DNA of 64,000 nucleotides from an uncultured Candidatus Rokubacteria bacterium (GTDB taxonomy: Bacteria > Methylomirabilota > Methylomirabilia > Rokubacteriales > DASRDR01), in contig CAWEXD010000008.1 of the NCBI GenBank assembly GCA_963812945.1, positions 256,172 through 320,171 on the forward strand. Direction: 5' to 3'. The notes beneath the pieces were generated by a model. It was not told the DNA's origin and did no database searches. It saw only the letters and a program-made list of their open reading frames with translations. Both the position numbers and the translations under genes were made by a program. Below are positions 20,242 through 30,170 of the stretch, in pieces (the first letter of the stretch is position 1; each line of letters starts with the position of its first letter).

Positions 20242-21591
20242 GTGCGGACTGTGCGCATGAGATCGGTCCGGATCGGCTGCGGGGCGGCGCGCCGGCGCGG
20301 TGGACGGCGATTCCATGCTGCCGCTGTCGCGGCGCTGACGGTCGTGCTGGCCGGCGTCGCTTCCGGCTGCGGCGGTGTCGGGGGCGGCGCCAAGCCCGCG
20401 GCCGAGGCGAAAGCGCCCACCGATCCCGCGGGCCTCCGCCAGGACGTGGACCGTCTGCGTGCGGACCTCGCCGAGCTTCGCGCGCTCACCGAGGCGGCCC
20501 AGCGCGCCGCCACGGAGCATGCCGACCGCGCGGCCGGTGAGACTCGCACCGAGGTCGACGCGGTGCAGAAGGCCCTCGAGGCGTCGGCCCGCCACGATCT
20601 TCAGCGCCAGGTCGAAGTGCTCGACGCTCAGGCGCGACGCATCGATCTCCTGGACAAGCGGGCCGCCGAGCAGGGGCAGACGCTGCGCCGGCTCGAGCTG
20701 GCGCTCACCGGCATCGAGAATCAGCTGACGCGGATCCTCGAGAACCCTGCCACCACACCGGCGCGCGGCGCCAAGGGCGGGGCGCCGGCGAAACCTCCGG
20801 CCGCGGCGTCGCCGTCAGCCGCGGTGGACGAGTCGGCCTCCAAGGCGCCGTCGGCGGAGGGATCCTCCCCGACGCCCGTCGCGGGCGCCGATCTCGCCCC
20901 TCCCGCGATGCTCGGGCTGACGCCGGGTTCCCGTAGCGCCACGCCGACAGCCAAGCCCGCCGACGCGCCCCGCGAGGTGAAGGCGGCGCCCGCCCCGCGC
21001 CCGTCAACGGAGGAGCCGCCGAGCGGGGCGAAGACGGCCCAGACTGCTCCCGCGGCGAAGGCCGCGCCCGCCGCGCGCTCGTCAACGGACGAACCGCCGA
21101 GCGGGACGAAGACGGCCCAGACTGCCCCCGCGGCGAAGGCGGTGCCCGCCCCGCGCTCGTCTGCCGACGCCCTCCCGCGTCTCGCCAAACCCGGCGCGCC
21201 GGCTCCCGCGGGGGCCTCGGCCAGCGCCCGTGCGATCTTCGACCGCGCCATGGAGAGCTGGAGGAAGGGCGAGACGGGGCAGGCGGTGCTCGACTTCGAG
21301 GAGCTGGTCCAGACGTTTCCCGGTGATCCGCTCGTCGCGCCCGCGCAGTTCCGGATCGGCGAGGCGTACTATGCGGCGCGCGACTTCGAGCGCGCGGCGC
21401 TCGGCTACCGGAAGGCGGTCGAGCTCGCGCCCCAGGGCAAGGACACGCCACAGGCGCTGCTCCGTCTCGGTCTCGCGTACCGCGCGCAGAAACGGGAGTC
21501 CGACGCGCGACAGGCCTGGAACCAGCTCGTCCGTGACTTCCCGGAGAGCGAGGCCACCGAAGAGGCGCACCGGGCTTTGCGGTCGCGCTGA
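20242..21591 (+). CDS. lipoprotein with an N-terminal coiled-coil, a Pro/Ala-rich repeat linker and a C-terminal TPR domain (YbgF/CpoB-like)
   Basis: It has the lipobox LAGVASGC and a coiled-coil at residues 60-160. A 26-aa duplicated unit sits in the linker. The C-terminal TPR has the YbgF-like motif AQFRIGEAYY. Confidence 0.65.
   Translation: MRTVRMRSVRIGCGAARRRGGRRFHAAAVAALTVVLAGVASGCGGVGGGAKPAAEAKAPTDPAGLRQDVDRLRADLAELRALTEAAQRAATEHADRAAGETRTEVDAVQKALEASARHDLQRQVEVLDAQARRIDLLDKRAAEQGQTLRRLELALTGIENQLTRILENPATTPARGAKGGAPAKPPAAASPSAAVDESASKAPSAEGSSPTPVAGADLAPPAMLGLTPGSRSATPTAKPADAPREVKAAPAPRPSTEEPPSGAKTAQTAPAAKAAPAARSSTDEPPSGTKTAQTAPAAKAVPAPRSSADALPRLAKPGAPAPAGASASARAIFDRAMESWRKGETGQAVLDFEELVQTFPGDPLVAPAQFRIGEAYYAARDFERAALGYRKAVELAPQGKDTPQALLRLGLAYRAQKRESDARQAWNQLVRDFPESEATEEAHRALRSR
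20975..21158. repeat. ~78-bp coding tandem duplication (~2.3 copies) in the lipoprotein linker
   Basis: The units gcgcccgtcaacggaggagccgccgagcggggcgaagacggcccagactgctcccgcggcgaaggccgcgcccgccgc and gcgctcgtcaacggacgaaccgccgagcgggacgaagacggcccagactgcccccgcggcgaaggcggtgcccgcccc are ~90% identical. Confidence 0.7.
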
Positions 21592-21634
21592 CCCCGTCCC
21601 TCAGTCACGGCTCGAGGGGATCCCGAGGAGACCA

Positions 21635-22525
21635 ATGGAGTCCGCGGACGACGTTCGAGCGAGCCTGGGCGTGGCCTCGCTCGCCGACCTTCACCGGCAC
21701 GAGGCGACGTCGCCGGACGGCGAGTCTCGGGTCGCGGCGCTTCTCGGAGATGCGCGCGTCCTGTCGTGGCCGCTGGTCGTCGACGCGGCGTCCGGGCTCA
21801 TCCTCGACGGCAGCCACCGGGCGGTGGTCCTCGCCCGGGATCTCGGCGCGCGCTTCGCTCTGGTCCAGCGGGTCGCGCTCGACGCGCCCGACGTCCGTAT
21901 CGGGACCTGGTGCCTGGTCCTCGAGGGCGTGTCCGCGGCGGCCTTCGACCACGCGCGGCGGGCGCTGGGACTGGAGGTCGACGCGCCCGACGGGCTCCGC
22001 TGTCACTACGGGGGCCGCGTCTACGCCCGGCCGGGGTCCGGCGCCGGGGAAGCACCCGGCCTGGCCGAGGGGCTCGAGCGGCTGCTCTCGTCGAACGGCC
22101 ATCGGCCGCGCGCACGCCTCGTCGAGGACGAAGCGGCGACATCGTGGCTCGCCGCATCCGAGGTGGTCGTGCTGCGCCCGCCGGCGCTGGACAAGGCGGC
22201 CGTGCGGCAGCGAGCGGGGGGCGCGCTCCTGCCGCCCAAGTCGACTCGCTTCCTCCTCCCGTACCGTGTGTTCGGGCTCCACGTTCCGCTCGCGGCGCTC
22301 GGCGGGCGGCGGCGGGCGCTGATCGATGTCCTGGAGCGCGAGCGGGAGCGGCCGCTCGCGTGTCTCGGCCCCGGGCTCGTCATCGACCGCCGCTACCCCG
22401 AGCGCCTCTGGCAGTTCACCGACCATCGCATCCCCGACCGGCTCTTCGCCGACGAGGCGGGGCGCCGCGCATACACGGACGCGCTCGCGCGGGTCGCCCT
22501 CCCGGCCCCGTCGCGGCAAGGCTAA
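21635..22525 (+). CDS. hypothetical protein with a putative ParB/Srx-like N-terminal domain
   Basis: 296 aa. A GAGGAG ribosome-binding site precedes the ATG at 21635. The motif [17 protein letters not shown] resembles the ParB/sulfiredoxin DGxHR phosphotransfer motif. It sits directly upstream of the TrpB2 gene, 10 nt away. Confidence 0.45.
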   Translation: MESADDVRASLGVASLADLHRHEATSPDGESRVAALLGDARVLSWPLVVDAASGLILDGSHRAVVLARDLGARFALVQRVALDAPDVRIGTWCLVLEGVSAAAFDHARRALGLEVDAPDGLRCHYGGRVYARPGSGAGEAPGLAEGLERLLSSNGHRPRARLVEDEAATSWLAASEVVVLRPPALDKAAVRQRAGGALLPPKSTRFLLPYRVFGLHVPLAALGGRRRALIDVLERERERPLACLGPGLVIDRRYPERLWQFTDHRIPDRLFADEAGRRAYTDALARVALPAPSRQG

Positions 22526-22535
22526 GGAGGTCCCC

Positions 22536-23900
22536 GTGGCCCAGACCAAGTTCGTGCTCGACGAGAAGGATCTCCCGAGCCGCTGGTACAACATCCAGGC
22601 GGACCTGCCGGCGCCGCTCCCGCCGGTGATCCACCCGGGCACGCTCCAGCCGATCGGGCCCCAGGATCTCGCCCCCCTGTTTCCGATGGAGATCATCAAG
22701 CAGGAGGTGAGCCAGGAGCGCTGGATCGACATCCCGGAGCCGGTCCGCGACGTGTACCGCCTCTGGCGACCGACGCCGCTCTACCGCGCCCACCGCCTGG
22801 AGAAGGCGCTCGATACGCCGGCCCGGATCTACTACAAGTGGGAGGGCGTCTCGCCGGCCGGCAGCCACAAGCCGAACACGGCGGTCGCCCAGGCCTACTA
22901 CAACCGGGAGGAGGGCGTCCGCCGCATCGCGACCGAGACGGGCGCCGGGCAGTGGGGCTCGGCGCTCTCCTTCGCGTGCCAGCTCTTCGGGATCGAGTGC
23001 AAGGTCTACATGGTGCGTGTCTCCTACGACCAGAAGCCCTACCGGCGCATCATGATGGAGGCCTGGGGCGGCACGGTCGTGGCGAGCCCGTCGCGGGACA
23101 CTGCGGCGGGACGCGCGGTGCTGGAGAAAGACCCGCAGTCGCCCGGGAGCCTCGGCATCGCGATCTCGGAGGCGGTCGAGGACGCGGCCCAGCGCGAGGA
23201 CACGAAGTACTCGCTCGGCTCGGTGCTGAACCACGTCCTGACCCACCAGACCGTGATCGGGCTCGAGGCGCAGCGCCAGCTCGAGATGGCCGGCGACCGC
23301 CCGGACATCCTCGTGGGCTGCATCGGAGGCGGCTCGAACTTCGGCGGCTTCACGTTCCCGTTCCTCCAGGACAAGCTCAGCGGGAAGCGGAAGGACCTCC
23401 GCGTCATCGCCGTCGAGCCCCAGGCGGCGCCCAGCCTCACGCGGGGCGAGTACGTCTACGACTTCGGCGACACCGGGCAGATGACGCCCTTGGTCAAGAT
23501 GTACACGCTCGGCCACTCGTTCATCCCGGCGCCGATCCACGCCGGCGGGCTCCGGTACCACGGCATGGCGCCCATCGTGTGCGCGCTCTACGACGCGAAG
23601 GTGATCGAGGCGGTGGCCGTTCACCAGAACCCGACCTTCGAGGCGGCGCTGACCTTCGCCCGCGCGGAGGGCGTGCTGCCGGCGCCCGAGGCTGCCCACG
23701 CGATCCGGACCGTCATCGACGAGGCGCTCCGCTGCAAGGCCTCGGGGGAGCGGAAGGTCATCGCCTTCAACCTGTGCGGTCACGGTCACTTCGACCTCTC
23801 GGCCTACGAGCGCTACATGGCCGGCAAGCTCGAGGACTTCGAGTACCCCGCGGAGAAGGTGAAGGCCGCGCTGGCCGGCCTTCCCAAGGTCAAGGTCTGA
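22536..23900 (+). CDS. trpB: TrpB-like pyridoxal-phosphate-dependent enzyme (TrpB2 type tryptophan synthase beta paralog)
   Basis: 454 aa. A GTG start follows an AAGGAGG site. The PLP lysine is in [12 protein letters not shown]. TrpB2-specific N-terminal extension and insertion motifs are present. Confidence 0.85.
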   Translation: MAQTKFVLDEKDLPSRWYNIQADLPAPLPPVIHPGTLQPIGPQDLAPLFPMEIIKQEVSQERWIDIPEPVRDVYRLWRPTPLYRAHRLEKALDTPARIYYKWEGVSPAGSHKPNTAVAQAYYNREEGVRRIATETGAGQWGSALSFACQLFGIECKVYMVRVSYDQKPYRRIMMEAWGGTVVASPSRDTAAGRAVLEKDPQSPGSLGIAISEAVEDAAQREDTKYSLGSVLNHVLTHQTVIGLEAQRQLEMAGDRPDILVGCIGGGSNFGGFTFPFLQDKLSGKRKDLRVIAVEPQAAPSLTRGEYVYDFGDTGQMTPLVKMYTLGHSFIPAPIHAGGLRYHGMAPIVCALYDAKVIEAVAVHQNPTFEAALTFARAEGVLPAPEAAHAIRTVIDEALRCKASGERKVIAFNLCGHGHFDLSAYERYMAGKLEDFEYPAEKVKAALAGLPKVKV

Positions 23901-23978
23901 CCTCCGGAAGGTCCGACCGACGTCGGGCAATCGGGGGCCGCGAAGGCTTCGCGGTCGTCCCGGCCGGCTGAGCGCAGG

Positions 23979-25133
23979 GTGGACTTCCGGCTGAGCGCGG
24001 AGCAGGAGGAGTTCCGGCGGGCCGTCGCGCGCTTCGTCGACGCGGAGGTCGCGCCGGTCGCCCGGGCGCTCGACGAGGCGGGTGAGTTCCCGCGAGCGCT
24101 CTTCCGACGTCTGGGCGAGCAGGGCTACCTGGCCCTCCGCTACCCCGAGGCCTACGGCGGGGCGGACGCCGACTTCGTGACCTACTGTCTCCTTGCGGAG
24201 GAGCTCGCCCGCGGCTCCATGTCCGTCGCGGCGCTGGCCGCGATGCAGAGCCTGATGGGGACGCATTTCGTGTGGAAGTACGGGAACGAGGCGCTCCACC
24301 AGCGCTACCTCGTTCCGGCGCTGCGCGGGGAGAAGGTCGCCACGTTCGCCTTGACCGAGCCCAACGCGGGCTCGGACATCGGCAACCTCACCACGACGGC
24401 CGAGCGCGCCCAGGGGGGCTGGCGGCTCAAGGGCACGAAGACGTGGGTCACCAACGCGCCCGTCGCCGACATGCTGACGGTCTGTGCCAAGACGTCCCCC
24501 GAGCGCGGGATGAAGCACATCGGCCTGTTCCTGGTCGACCGGCAGTTCCCCGGCGTGACCCTGGGGAAACGGATCGACAAGCTGGGGGTCCGCGCCTCGG
24601 CCACCGGGGAGATCGTGCTCGACGACGTCCTGGTCCCGGACGAGCACCTCCTGGGGGGCGAGACCGGCGGCGTGGAGAAGGTGGGCGGCATCCTCTCCGA
24701 GATCCGCGTGATGACCGGGGCGCTGTCGGTGGGGCTCGGGCGCGCGGCGTACGAGGCGGCGCTCCGCTACTCGAAGGAGCGCGTCACGTTCGGCAAGCCC
24801 ATCGGCGAGCACCAGGCTGTGACCTTCAAGCTCGCCGACATGCTCACCCAGCTTCACGCGGCGAGCCTGCTCGTGTACCACGCCGCGTGGTGCGTCGACC
24901 AGGGGCGGCCGGTCACGCGCGAGGCGGCGATGACCAAACTCTTCGCCTCCGAGGCCGCGAACCGGATCTGTGACGAGGCCTCGCGGATCTTCGCGTCCTA
25001 CTCGTTCGCGACCGAGTATCCGATCGAGCGGTACTTCCGCGACGCGCGCTTCCTCCTGTGGGGCGGCGGGACGTCGGAGATCCTCCGGGTCATCATCGGT
25101 CGAGACCTCGAGCGCCCCCCGACCCTCGGATGA
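23979..25133 (+). CDS. acyl-CoA dehydrogenase
   Basis: 384 aa with a canonical ACAD fold. Confidence 0.9.
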   Translation: MDFRLSAEQEEFRRAVARFVDAEVAPVARALDEAGEFPRALFRRLGEQGYLALRYPEAYGGADADFVTYCLLAEELARGSMSVAALAAMQSLMGTHFVWKYGNEALHQRYLVPALRGEKVATFALTEPNAGSDIGNLTTTAERAQGGWRLKGTKTWVTNAPVADMLTVCAKTSPERGMKHIGLFLVDRQFPGVTLGKRIDKLGVRASATGEIVLDDVLVPDEHLLGGETGGVEKVGGILSEIRVMTGALSVGLGRAAYEAALRYSKERVTFGKPIGEHQAVTFKLADMLTQLHAASLLVYHAAWCVDQGRPVTREAAMTKLFASEAANRICDEASRIFASYSFATEYPIERYFRDARFLLWGGGTSEILRVIIGRDLERPPTLG

Positions 25134-25227
25134 CCTGCGCCCCGCGCGGCCGGCGTCGCGGGGACGCGGGCCCCTGGAGTAAGGTGGAGGCGGGGCGCCG
25201 GGAGCGGCGCCCGGAGGAGCGCGCGAC

Positions 25228-26397
25228 ATGAGGAGAGTGGCCCTGATCGGCGCCGGCATGACGCGGTTCGGCGCGCGCAAGGCGACCTACCGGGACCTCA
25301 TCTGGGAGGCGGGGAAGGCGTGCTTCGACTCGCTTCCCGGGGTCCGGCCGGCCGATCTCGAGGGGATCGTGGTGGGCTCGGTCATGCCCGAGCGCACCGC
25401 GTTCCAGAGCCACGTCTCCTCGCTCGCCGCCGAGGCGCTCGGCATCAAGCCGAGCCGGCTGTCGGCCCGGACCGAGCACATGTGCGCGTCGGGAACGGTC
25501 GGGCTCCGGTACGCCTATGCGTTCATCGCGGCCGGGCTCGCGGACCTGGTGATGGTCCTCGGCGTCGAGAAGCTGACCGTCCCGACGGCGGACGAGGCCG
25601 TCCTGAACATGGGGACGGGCGTCGACCGCGAGTGGGAGGCCGCCCACGGCCTCACCGCGCCGCCCTGCTTCGCCCTCGCCGCCCAGGCCCACATGGCGCG
25701 CCACGGCACGACCGAGGAGCAGATGGCGATGGTCAGCGTGAAGAATCACAACCACGCGGCCAAGAATCCGTACGCCCACTTCCAGAAGGGCGCGACGCTC
25801 GACCAGGTGCTCTGCTCCCGCATGATCGCGACCCCGTTCCGCCTGTTCATGTGCTCGCCCATCACCGACGGCGCGGCCGCGGTCATCGTGGCGAGCGAAG
25901 AGCGCGCGCGCGACCTGACGGACCGGCCGGTCTGGATCCGCGGAAGCGGCCAGGCACTCGACGGCTTCATGCTCTCGTCGCTCCACGAGGACTACGCGCA
26001 CTGGCCCGCGCTGAAACGGGCGGGCCAGGACGCGTACCGCATGGCCGGGATCGGGCCGGCGGACGTGGACCTCGCCGAGGTGCACGACTGCTTCGCGATC
26101 GCCGAGATCATCGCCTACGAGGAGCTCGGGTTCTGCGAGAAAGGGGAGGGGGGCCGCTTCGTCGAGAAGGGCCTCTCCGACTACGGCGGGAAAGTCGTGG
26201 TCAACCCTCGCGGCGGCCTCATGGGCTGCGGCCACCCCCTTGGCGCCACCGGCATCGCGCAGGCGTGTGAGGCCTTCTGGCAGCTCCGCGACGAGGCCGG
26301 CGCGCGCCAGGTGCCCGAGGCGCGCCTGGCCCTCACCCACAACAACTCGGGGATGGGCGAGCACGTGGTCATGATCTACGGGCGCGACGCGGCCTGA
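25228..26397 (+). CDS. thiolase-fold protein (SCP-x / archaeal-type thiolase, DUF35-partnered)
   Basis: 389 aa. It has the MCASG active-site region and a C-terminal GHPLGATG motif. Confidence 0.85.
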   Translation: MRRVALIGAGMTRFGARKATYRDLIWEAGKACFDSLPGVRPADLEGIVVGSVMPERTAFQSHVSSLAAEALGIKPSRLSARTEHMCASGTVGLRYAYAFIAAGLADLVMVLGVEKLTVPTADEAVLNMGTGVDREWEAAHGLTAPPCFALAAQAHMARHGTTEEQMAMVSVKNHNHAAKNPYAHFQKGATLDQVLCSRMIATPFRLFMCSPITDGAAAVIVASEERARDLTDRPVWIRGSGQALDGFMLSSLHEDYAHWPALKRAGQDAYRMAGIGPADVDLAEVHDCFAIAEIIAYEELGFCEKGEGGRFVEKGLSDYGGKVVVNPRGGLMGCGHPLGATGIAQACEAFWQLRDEAGARQVPEARLALTHNNSGMGEHVVMIYGRDAA

Positions 26398-26408
26398 GGC
26401 CGCGCCGG

Positions 26409-27596
26409 TCAGGCCGTCGGCGGGCCGGAAGCCGGCCGGCGCGGACCGCCGCGCCATCGCCGCCGGCGCCGCCGGTGGCTCGGAGCGGGAACGGGAGCGG
26501 GGGCGGACGACGGCACCCGGTTGCCGTCGATCTCGGGGATCTGCCGGCCCCTCTGGGGCTGCCGATTGCCGTCGATTTCCGACACGTCGAGCTCGTCGTC
26601 GGGGCCGCCGAGGTCGTCCGGCTGGCGATCGCCCTCCGCGACCGGGTCCGTTGCGGCATTCTCGGTTGCGGCAGTTCCGATCGACGGCTCGTTCCCCGGT
26701 GTCTTGCCTTCCTCGGCGAGCGTGATCACGCCCGACGGGCTCACCACGATCTCGCGAATCCGGCGCAGCCGGGTGACCAGGCGGGGGGAGCCGGGCGGGC
26801 GCTGGAACCCTCGCTCCTTGAGCGCATTGGCCACCGCGTCGATGATCACGGTTCGCCGGGGTGAGGCCTCGACCAGCCCGCGCACCACCGAGACCAGCTC
26901 GTCGTGAGGCGCGGTGTGCGGCGTGTCCGGGGACGGGGTCCGTGGCGCATGGGGCGCCGGCCCGCGTCCCCGCCCCCCACCCGGCCGGCCGGCGGGCGCG
27001 CTCGTCGCGGCCGGATGACGGGAGACGTCCCTCGGCTCGGTGTGCCGGGGGGCGTGGGCCCCCGGCGCGGCGTGAGGGGTGCTCGGTCCCCGTCCCCGGC
27101 GGCGGCGCCGGCGGCGCGCGCTCGACGGGTCGGCCGCCGGCGCCCGCTCCGCCACGACGGGCGCCTCGGCCGCCTCCTCCTTGACGAGGCGGCGGTAGGA
27201 CAGGCGCTGGAACGCGATCCCCAAGCTGGCGGCCACGTCCCCGACAGCGTCGAACGCCCGGTCGTCCGACACGATGTCGATGAGATCGCCGGGGCGCGCG
27301 GAGGCGAGCCAGATGCCCGCGGCGACCGCGATGCGCAGGTCGCTCCAGTCGCGGACGCCCGTGGAGGGGGCGCTGTGGACCAGATGCGCGCCACGCTGCG
27401 CGAGCAACCGCGCCGCCTCGTGACCGACCACCCGCCAGTTGGCGACGGCCACGAGCTCGGTCCGGCGGTCCCAGGGATCGACACCGAGATGGTCGATGAC
27501 GTGCGCGAGATGCTGCGCCCGGCTGGTGTTCTCGACGTCCAGGAAGATCGCGCGCCGGCCGGGGGGGCGCGGCCTCTCCGGCTCGGGAGGCGGCAT
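26409..27596 (-). CDS. NYN (LabA/DUF88, PIN-like) domain protein with a C-terminal OST-HTH/LOTUS domain
   Basis: It has IFLDVENTS and the rest of an NYN core, a low-complexity Arg/Pro linker, and then a LOTUS-like segment (TVIIDAVANALKERG, ITLAEEG). The acidic tail carries two EIDGNR units. The start could be as far upstream as ~27800. Confidence 0.65.
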   Translation of the reverse strand: MPPPEPERPRPPGRRAIFLDVENTSRAQHLAHVIDHLGVDPWDRRTELVAVANWRVVGHEAARLLAQRGAHLVHSAPSTGVRDWSDLRIAVAAGIWLASARPGDLIDIVSDDRAFDAVGDVAASLGIAFQRLSYRRLVKEEAAEAPVVAERAPAADPSSARRRRRRRGRGPSTPHAAPGAHAPRHTEPRDVSRHPAATSAPAGRPGGGRGRGPAPHAPRTPSPDTPHTAPHDELVSVVRGLVEASPRRTVIIDAVANALKERGFQRPPGSPRLVTRLRRIREIVVSPSGVITLAEEGKTPGNEPSIGTAATENAATDPVAEGDRQPDDLGGPDDELDVSEIDGNRQPQRGRQIPEIDGNRVPSSAPAPVPAPSHRRRRRRWRGGPRRPASGPPTA

Positions 27597-27889
27597 GCGC
27601 CCGGCGAAGGTCGTCTCGACGGCGGAGAGGGGGAGGTCGAGCGGTTCGGGCTCGGGGATGGCGACGACTGGCTCGGGCGCGGGCTCTTCGACGGGCGCGC
27701 GACGGACCCGGTCCGCCGGCTTTCTGCGGGGTTTCGATCCCGACGCCGAACGGGAGGCGCTTCCTCGCGCCTTCCTGCGGCTGCCGTCGCGGTTCGAGCT
27801 GATCGTCACGTTCGCCCCACAGTGTAACGCAAGACGGCCGGTTCCGGTGCCCGCCTGCGGACCCGGACCCGGCTGGTATACTCCCGCTC

Positions 27890-28447
27890 GTGGCGCGGGA
27901 ACCCGAGACGGCGGGGCTTGACGGCGGGCTGGCGCCGCCGGTCGGGCACCCGCTCCGCCTCCTCCATCCCGTCCTGCCCCGGGACGCCCGGCTCTGGGGC
28001 GCTGGACGGCCCAGCTACCCGGACGAGCCGCCGTCGCGTGACGCGGTGGAGGCGGGTGTTCGGGGGTGGCGGGAGGCCGACGTCGACCTCGTGGTGAGCC
28101 TGATCGAGGACTGGGAGGTGGCGCGCCGCGCCCCGGGGCTCTTCGAGACTCTCGCCCGCGAGGGTATCGCGGTCCGGCGGTTCCCCATCGTGGACTTCGG
28201 CGCCCCCACCGACGTGCCGGCGTTCGGTCGGCTGCTCGACGAGGTCTCGCGCCGCCTGGCGGCCGGCGGCGGCGTCCTGGTCCACTGCAACGCCGGCCTC
28301 GGGCGGACCGCGGTCGTCCTCGCGTCCATCCTGAAGGTTCACGGGCTCGACACCGACCCCGTGACCGAGCTTCGACGCATCTACCGGCCGACGGCCATGC
28401 AGGATCCCGTCCAGGAGGCCTTCGTCCGGCGCTTCGCCATACCCTGA
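27890..28447 (+). CDS. dual-specificity protein-tyrosine-phosphatase-like protein
   Basis: 185 aa with a GTG start. The CX5R P-loop VHCNAGLGRT is present. The stop overlaps the next start (TGATG). Confidence 0.75.
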   Translation: MAREPETAGLDGGLAPPVGHPLRLLHPVLPRDARLWGAGRPSYPDEPPSRDAVEAGVRGWREADVDLVVSLIEDWEVARRAPGLFETLAREGIAVRRFPIVDFGAPTDVPAFGRLLDEVSRRLAAGGGVLVHCNAGLGRTAVVLASILKVHGLDTDPVTELRRIYRPTAMQDPVQEAFVRRFAIP

Positions 28448-29124
28448 TGTCGTGGGCGAGGCCCCGCTGCGGCCTCGCGCCCCTGCTTCTCGCGCTCCCG
28501 TGTCTCTGGCTCGCGGGCTGCTCGGCGGCGGCCCACGGGCCCCGTCCACCGGACACCACGCTCCGGGAGCCGGTCTACGTCGTGAGCAACGGGTGGCACA
28601 CGGGGATCGTGGTTCCCGGGAGGCCCCTCGCGTCCGGACGCGAGATCGGAGGCTTCGACTCGGGGCGCTACCAACACCTCGAGGTCGGGTGGGGGGACCG
28701 GGACGCCTATCTGGCCGACCGCATCACCCCGCGGCTCGCGCTGCGGGCGGCCTTCGCGTCGCGGGGCAGCGTGCTCCTGGTCACGGGCTTCGACGAGACG
28801 ATCTCGGAGCGGTACCAAGGCATCGACGTCATCGAGCTTCGGCTATCGGGCGACGCGCTCGGGGCGCTGACCCGGTTCATCGAGGCGAGCCTCGCCGGCG
28901 ACGCCGAGGGGCGCGTGGTCCGGATCGAGCCCGGGTGGGCACCCTCGAGCGCGTTCTACCTCGCGCGCGGTCACTTCCATCTCCTCAACACCTGCAACGC
29001 GTGGACGGCGCGCGCGCTCCGGGCGGCCGGCCTGCCGCTCACGCCCGCGCTGACGCTGACGGCCTATCATCTGATGCAACAGGTGATCCCGATCGGGCGA
29101 CGCGTCGTCGAGCGGCCGGCCTGA
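28447..29124 (+). CDS. lipoprotein of unknown function (DUF2459-like)
   Basis: 225 aa with the lipobox LAGCS. It has a conserved GWHTGIVV motif. It is translationally coupled to the phosphatase gene. Confidence 0.6.
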   Translation: MSWARPRCGLAPLLLALPCLWLAGCSAAAHGPRPPDTTLREPVYVVSNGWHTGIVVPGRPLASGREIGGFDSGRYQHLEVGWGDRDAYLADRITPRLALRAAFASRGSVLLVTGFDETISERYQGIDVIELRLSGDALGALTRFIEASLAGDAEGRVVRIEPGWAPSSAFYLARGHFHLLNTCNAWTARALRAAGLPLTPALTLTAYHLMQQVIPIGRRVVERPA

Positions 29125-29261
29125 CGGCGCCCGCCGCGGCGCCCAACGGCGCCGTGCGGAATCGCCGCCGGTGATAGACTGCCCGCCAGGAGAGACTCGA
29201 GCCGATGAGCCCCACAGGCCGAAGGCCGTCCGATCAACTCGCCGCAGAGCCAGGGTAGCCG

Positions 29262-29747
29262 GTGAGCCCGGGGTCCAGCGCGTCGCCGGGCGCCGAGGGC
29301 CGGGCCCCGTACGTCCGGGCGGTCGACCCGTTTCCGCTCGAATCCGCCGAGCACAACAAGCTCCATGCCTTCTACGAGCATCTCGCCGAGGGGCGACTGA
29401 CCACGACACGGTGCCGCGGCTGCGGCCGGATCGATTGGCCGCCCCGGGCGTTCTGCCCCGCCTGCACCTCGGACGCGTTCGAGTGGGAGGAGCTCCCTCG
29501 GGAGGGGCGGATTCACGGCTTCAGCGTCCAGGAGACCGGCGTGCCGGCCGGGTTCCCGCGCCCGCTCGTCTTCGCGATCGTGGAGGTGTCCGGATTGCGG
29601 GTGTTCGCGCCGCTCACGGGCGTCGGTGACCCGGGCCGCCTCGCCACCGGCGCCCGCGTTCGCCTGGCCCCGGTCCGGGTGGCGGACGATCCCGGGGGTC
29701 ACCCGCGCTACCTGCTGGCCTTCACGCCGGAGGCCGAGGCGCGATGA
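29262..29747 (+). CDS. Zn-ribbon OB-fold protein (DUF35), thiolase partner
   Basis: 161 aa. The Zn-ribbon is [18 protein letters not shown], followed by an OB fold. Confidence 0.8.
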   Translation: MSPGSSASPGAEGRAPYVRAVDPFPLESAEHNKLHAFYEHLAEGRLTTTRCRGCGRIDWPPRAFCPACTSDAFEWEELPREGRIHGFSVQETGVPAGFPRPLVFAIVEVSGLRVFAPLTGVGDPGRLATGARVRLAPVRVADDPGGHPRYLLAFTPEAEAR

Positions 29748-30151
29748 CGGCCGACCGTCCCCTCCGGGTGCTGATCGCGAAGCCGGGCCTCGATGGCCAC
29801 GACCGCGGTGCCAAGGTCGTGGCGCACGCCCTCCGGGACGCGGGGATCGAGGTGCTCTACTCGGGGCTCAAGCGCACGCCCGAGGAGCTCGTGGCCGAGG
29901 CCGTCCAGGAGGACGTCGACGTCATCGGGCTGTCCGTGCTCTCGGGCGCCCACCTCATCTTGTCGCGGCGCATTCTCGAGCGGCTCCGCGAGGCGGATGC
30001 CCAGGATGTCGCGGTGGTGGTGGGCGGCACGATCCCCGCGGGCGACGCAGAGGCGCTCCGGGGGATGGGCGTGCGGGCCGTGTTCCCGATGGGGACGACG
30101 CTGCCCGAGATCGTGTCCTACTTCCGGTCGTTCCAGCGGGCGGCCGCGTAG
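29744..30151 (+). CDS. B12-binding subunit of an acyl-CoA mutase (methylmalonyl-CoA mutase small/C-terminal-domain type)
   Basis: 135 aa. It has the DxHxxG cobalamin motif ([12 protein letters not shown]). The ATGA start overlaps the DUF35 stop. Confidence 0.85.
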   Translation: MTADRPLRVLIAKPGLDGHDRGAKVVAHALRDAGIEVLYSGLKRTPEELVAEAVQEDVDVIGLSVLSGAHLILSRRILERLREADAQDVAVVVGGTIPAGDAEALRGMGVRAVFPMGTTLPEIVSYFRSFQRAAA

Positions 30152-30170
30152 CCGGCGGCGGAGGAGATCC

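Noticed and set aside
27439-27921. 160-aa plus-strand ORF across the NYN/PTP divergent region
   Set aside because: It is Ser/Gly/Arg-rich low complexity. It overlaps the NYN gene 5' end and the PTP start, and is not protein-like.
29125-29261. Checked the leader of the DUF35/B12-mutase operon for a cobalamin riboswitch
   Set aside because: No B12-box (GCCACTG-like) or conserved riboswitch stems were visible, only a short spurious ORF.
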